A stretch of 64,000 nt of DNA, taken from Novakomyces olei. Taxonomy: Eukaryota. Both the position numbers and the translations under genes were made by a program. Within the stretch, counting starts at the first letter, position 1, and each line of letters begins with the position of its first letter. The stretch is taken from NCBI GenBank assembly GCA_016906335.1, contig JADEYG010000002.1, positions 372,001-436,000 of the forward strand, in the 5' to 3' direction. Of this stretch, positions 63,962 through 64,000 are shown piece after piece. Under the pieces are notes generated by a model, which was given only the letters and a program-made list of their open reading frames with translations, had not been told where the DNA came from and made no database searches.

Positions 63962-64000
63962 ACTATCTAAGTAATATAAAGTAATTTGCGGATGCAAAAC

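Noticed and set aside
63121-64000. Hammerhead ribozyme, group II intron (GTGCG at 63943) or RNase P/MRP
   Set aside because: No CTGANGA on either strand, no domain V and no RNase P/MRP conserved regions found by eye.

Overview
Intron-containing fungal nuclear DNA, probably from a Taphrinomycotina yeast close to Schizosaccharomyces (inference: Rst2-type zinc fingers, S. pombe-like Smd2, pog1/tpi1 and EF1B-gamma/MRPS9 neighbours). I support 19 conserved protein genes: an alpha-arrestin truncated by the left edge and absent from the ORF track, GH128/Asl1, a DHA1 MFS transporter, an Rst2-like factor, Nup192, Tel1/ATM, Pol gamma, TPI, Alb1-like, Vac8, Pol12, Snf4/Cbs2, EF-Tu, SmD2, Lcb2, Bni4-like, EF1B-gamma, MRPS9 and La. 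I traced 40 introns by hand and found one intronic C/D snoRNA (snR38-like). Most notable: (1) about 0.75 kb near the right edge is a near-continuous array of GC-rich hairpins whose G-U wobbles favour the + strand, with LTR-like signals and no recognisable identity; (2) 9 of 40 introns end in AAG; (3) a stop-free in-frame intron lies in the La motif; (4) telomere-type (TTAGGG) inverted repeats, one inside the Nup192 CDS; (5) charged minisatellite insertions in Tel1 and Nup192; (6) an Asn-to-Ala change in the Pol gamma Exo II motif. All calls come from manual reading and remembered family motifs; no searches were run.
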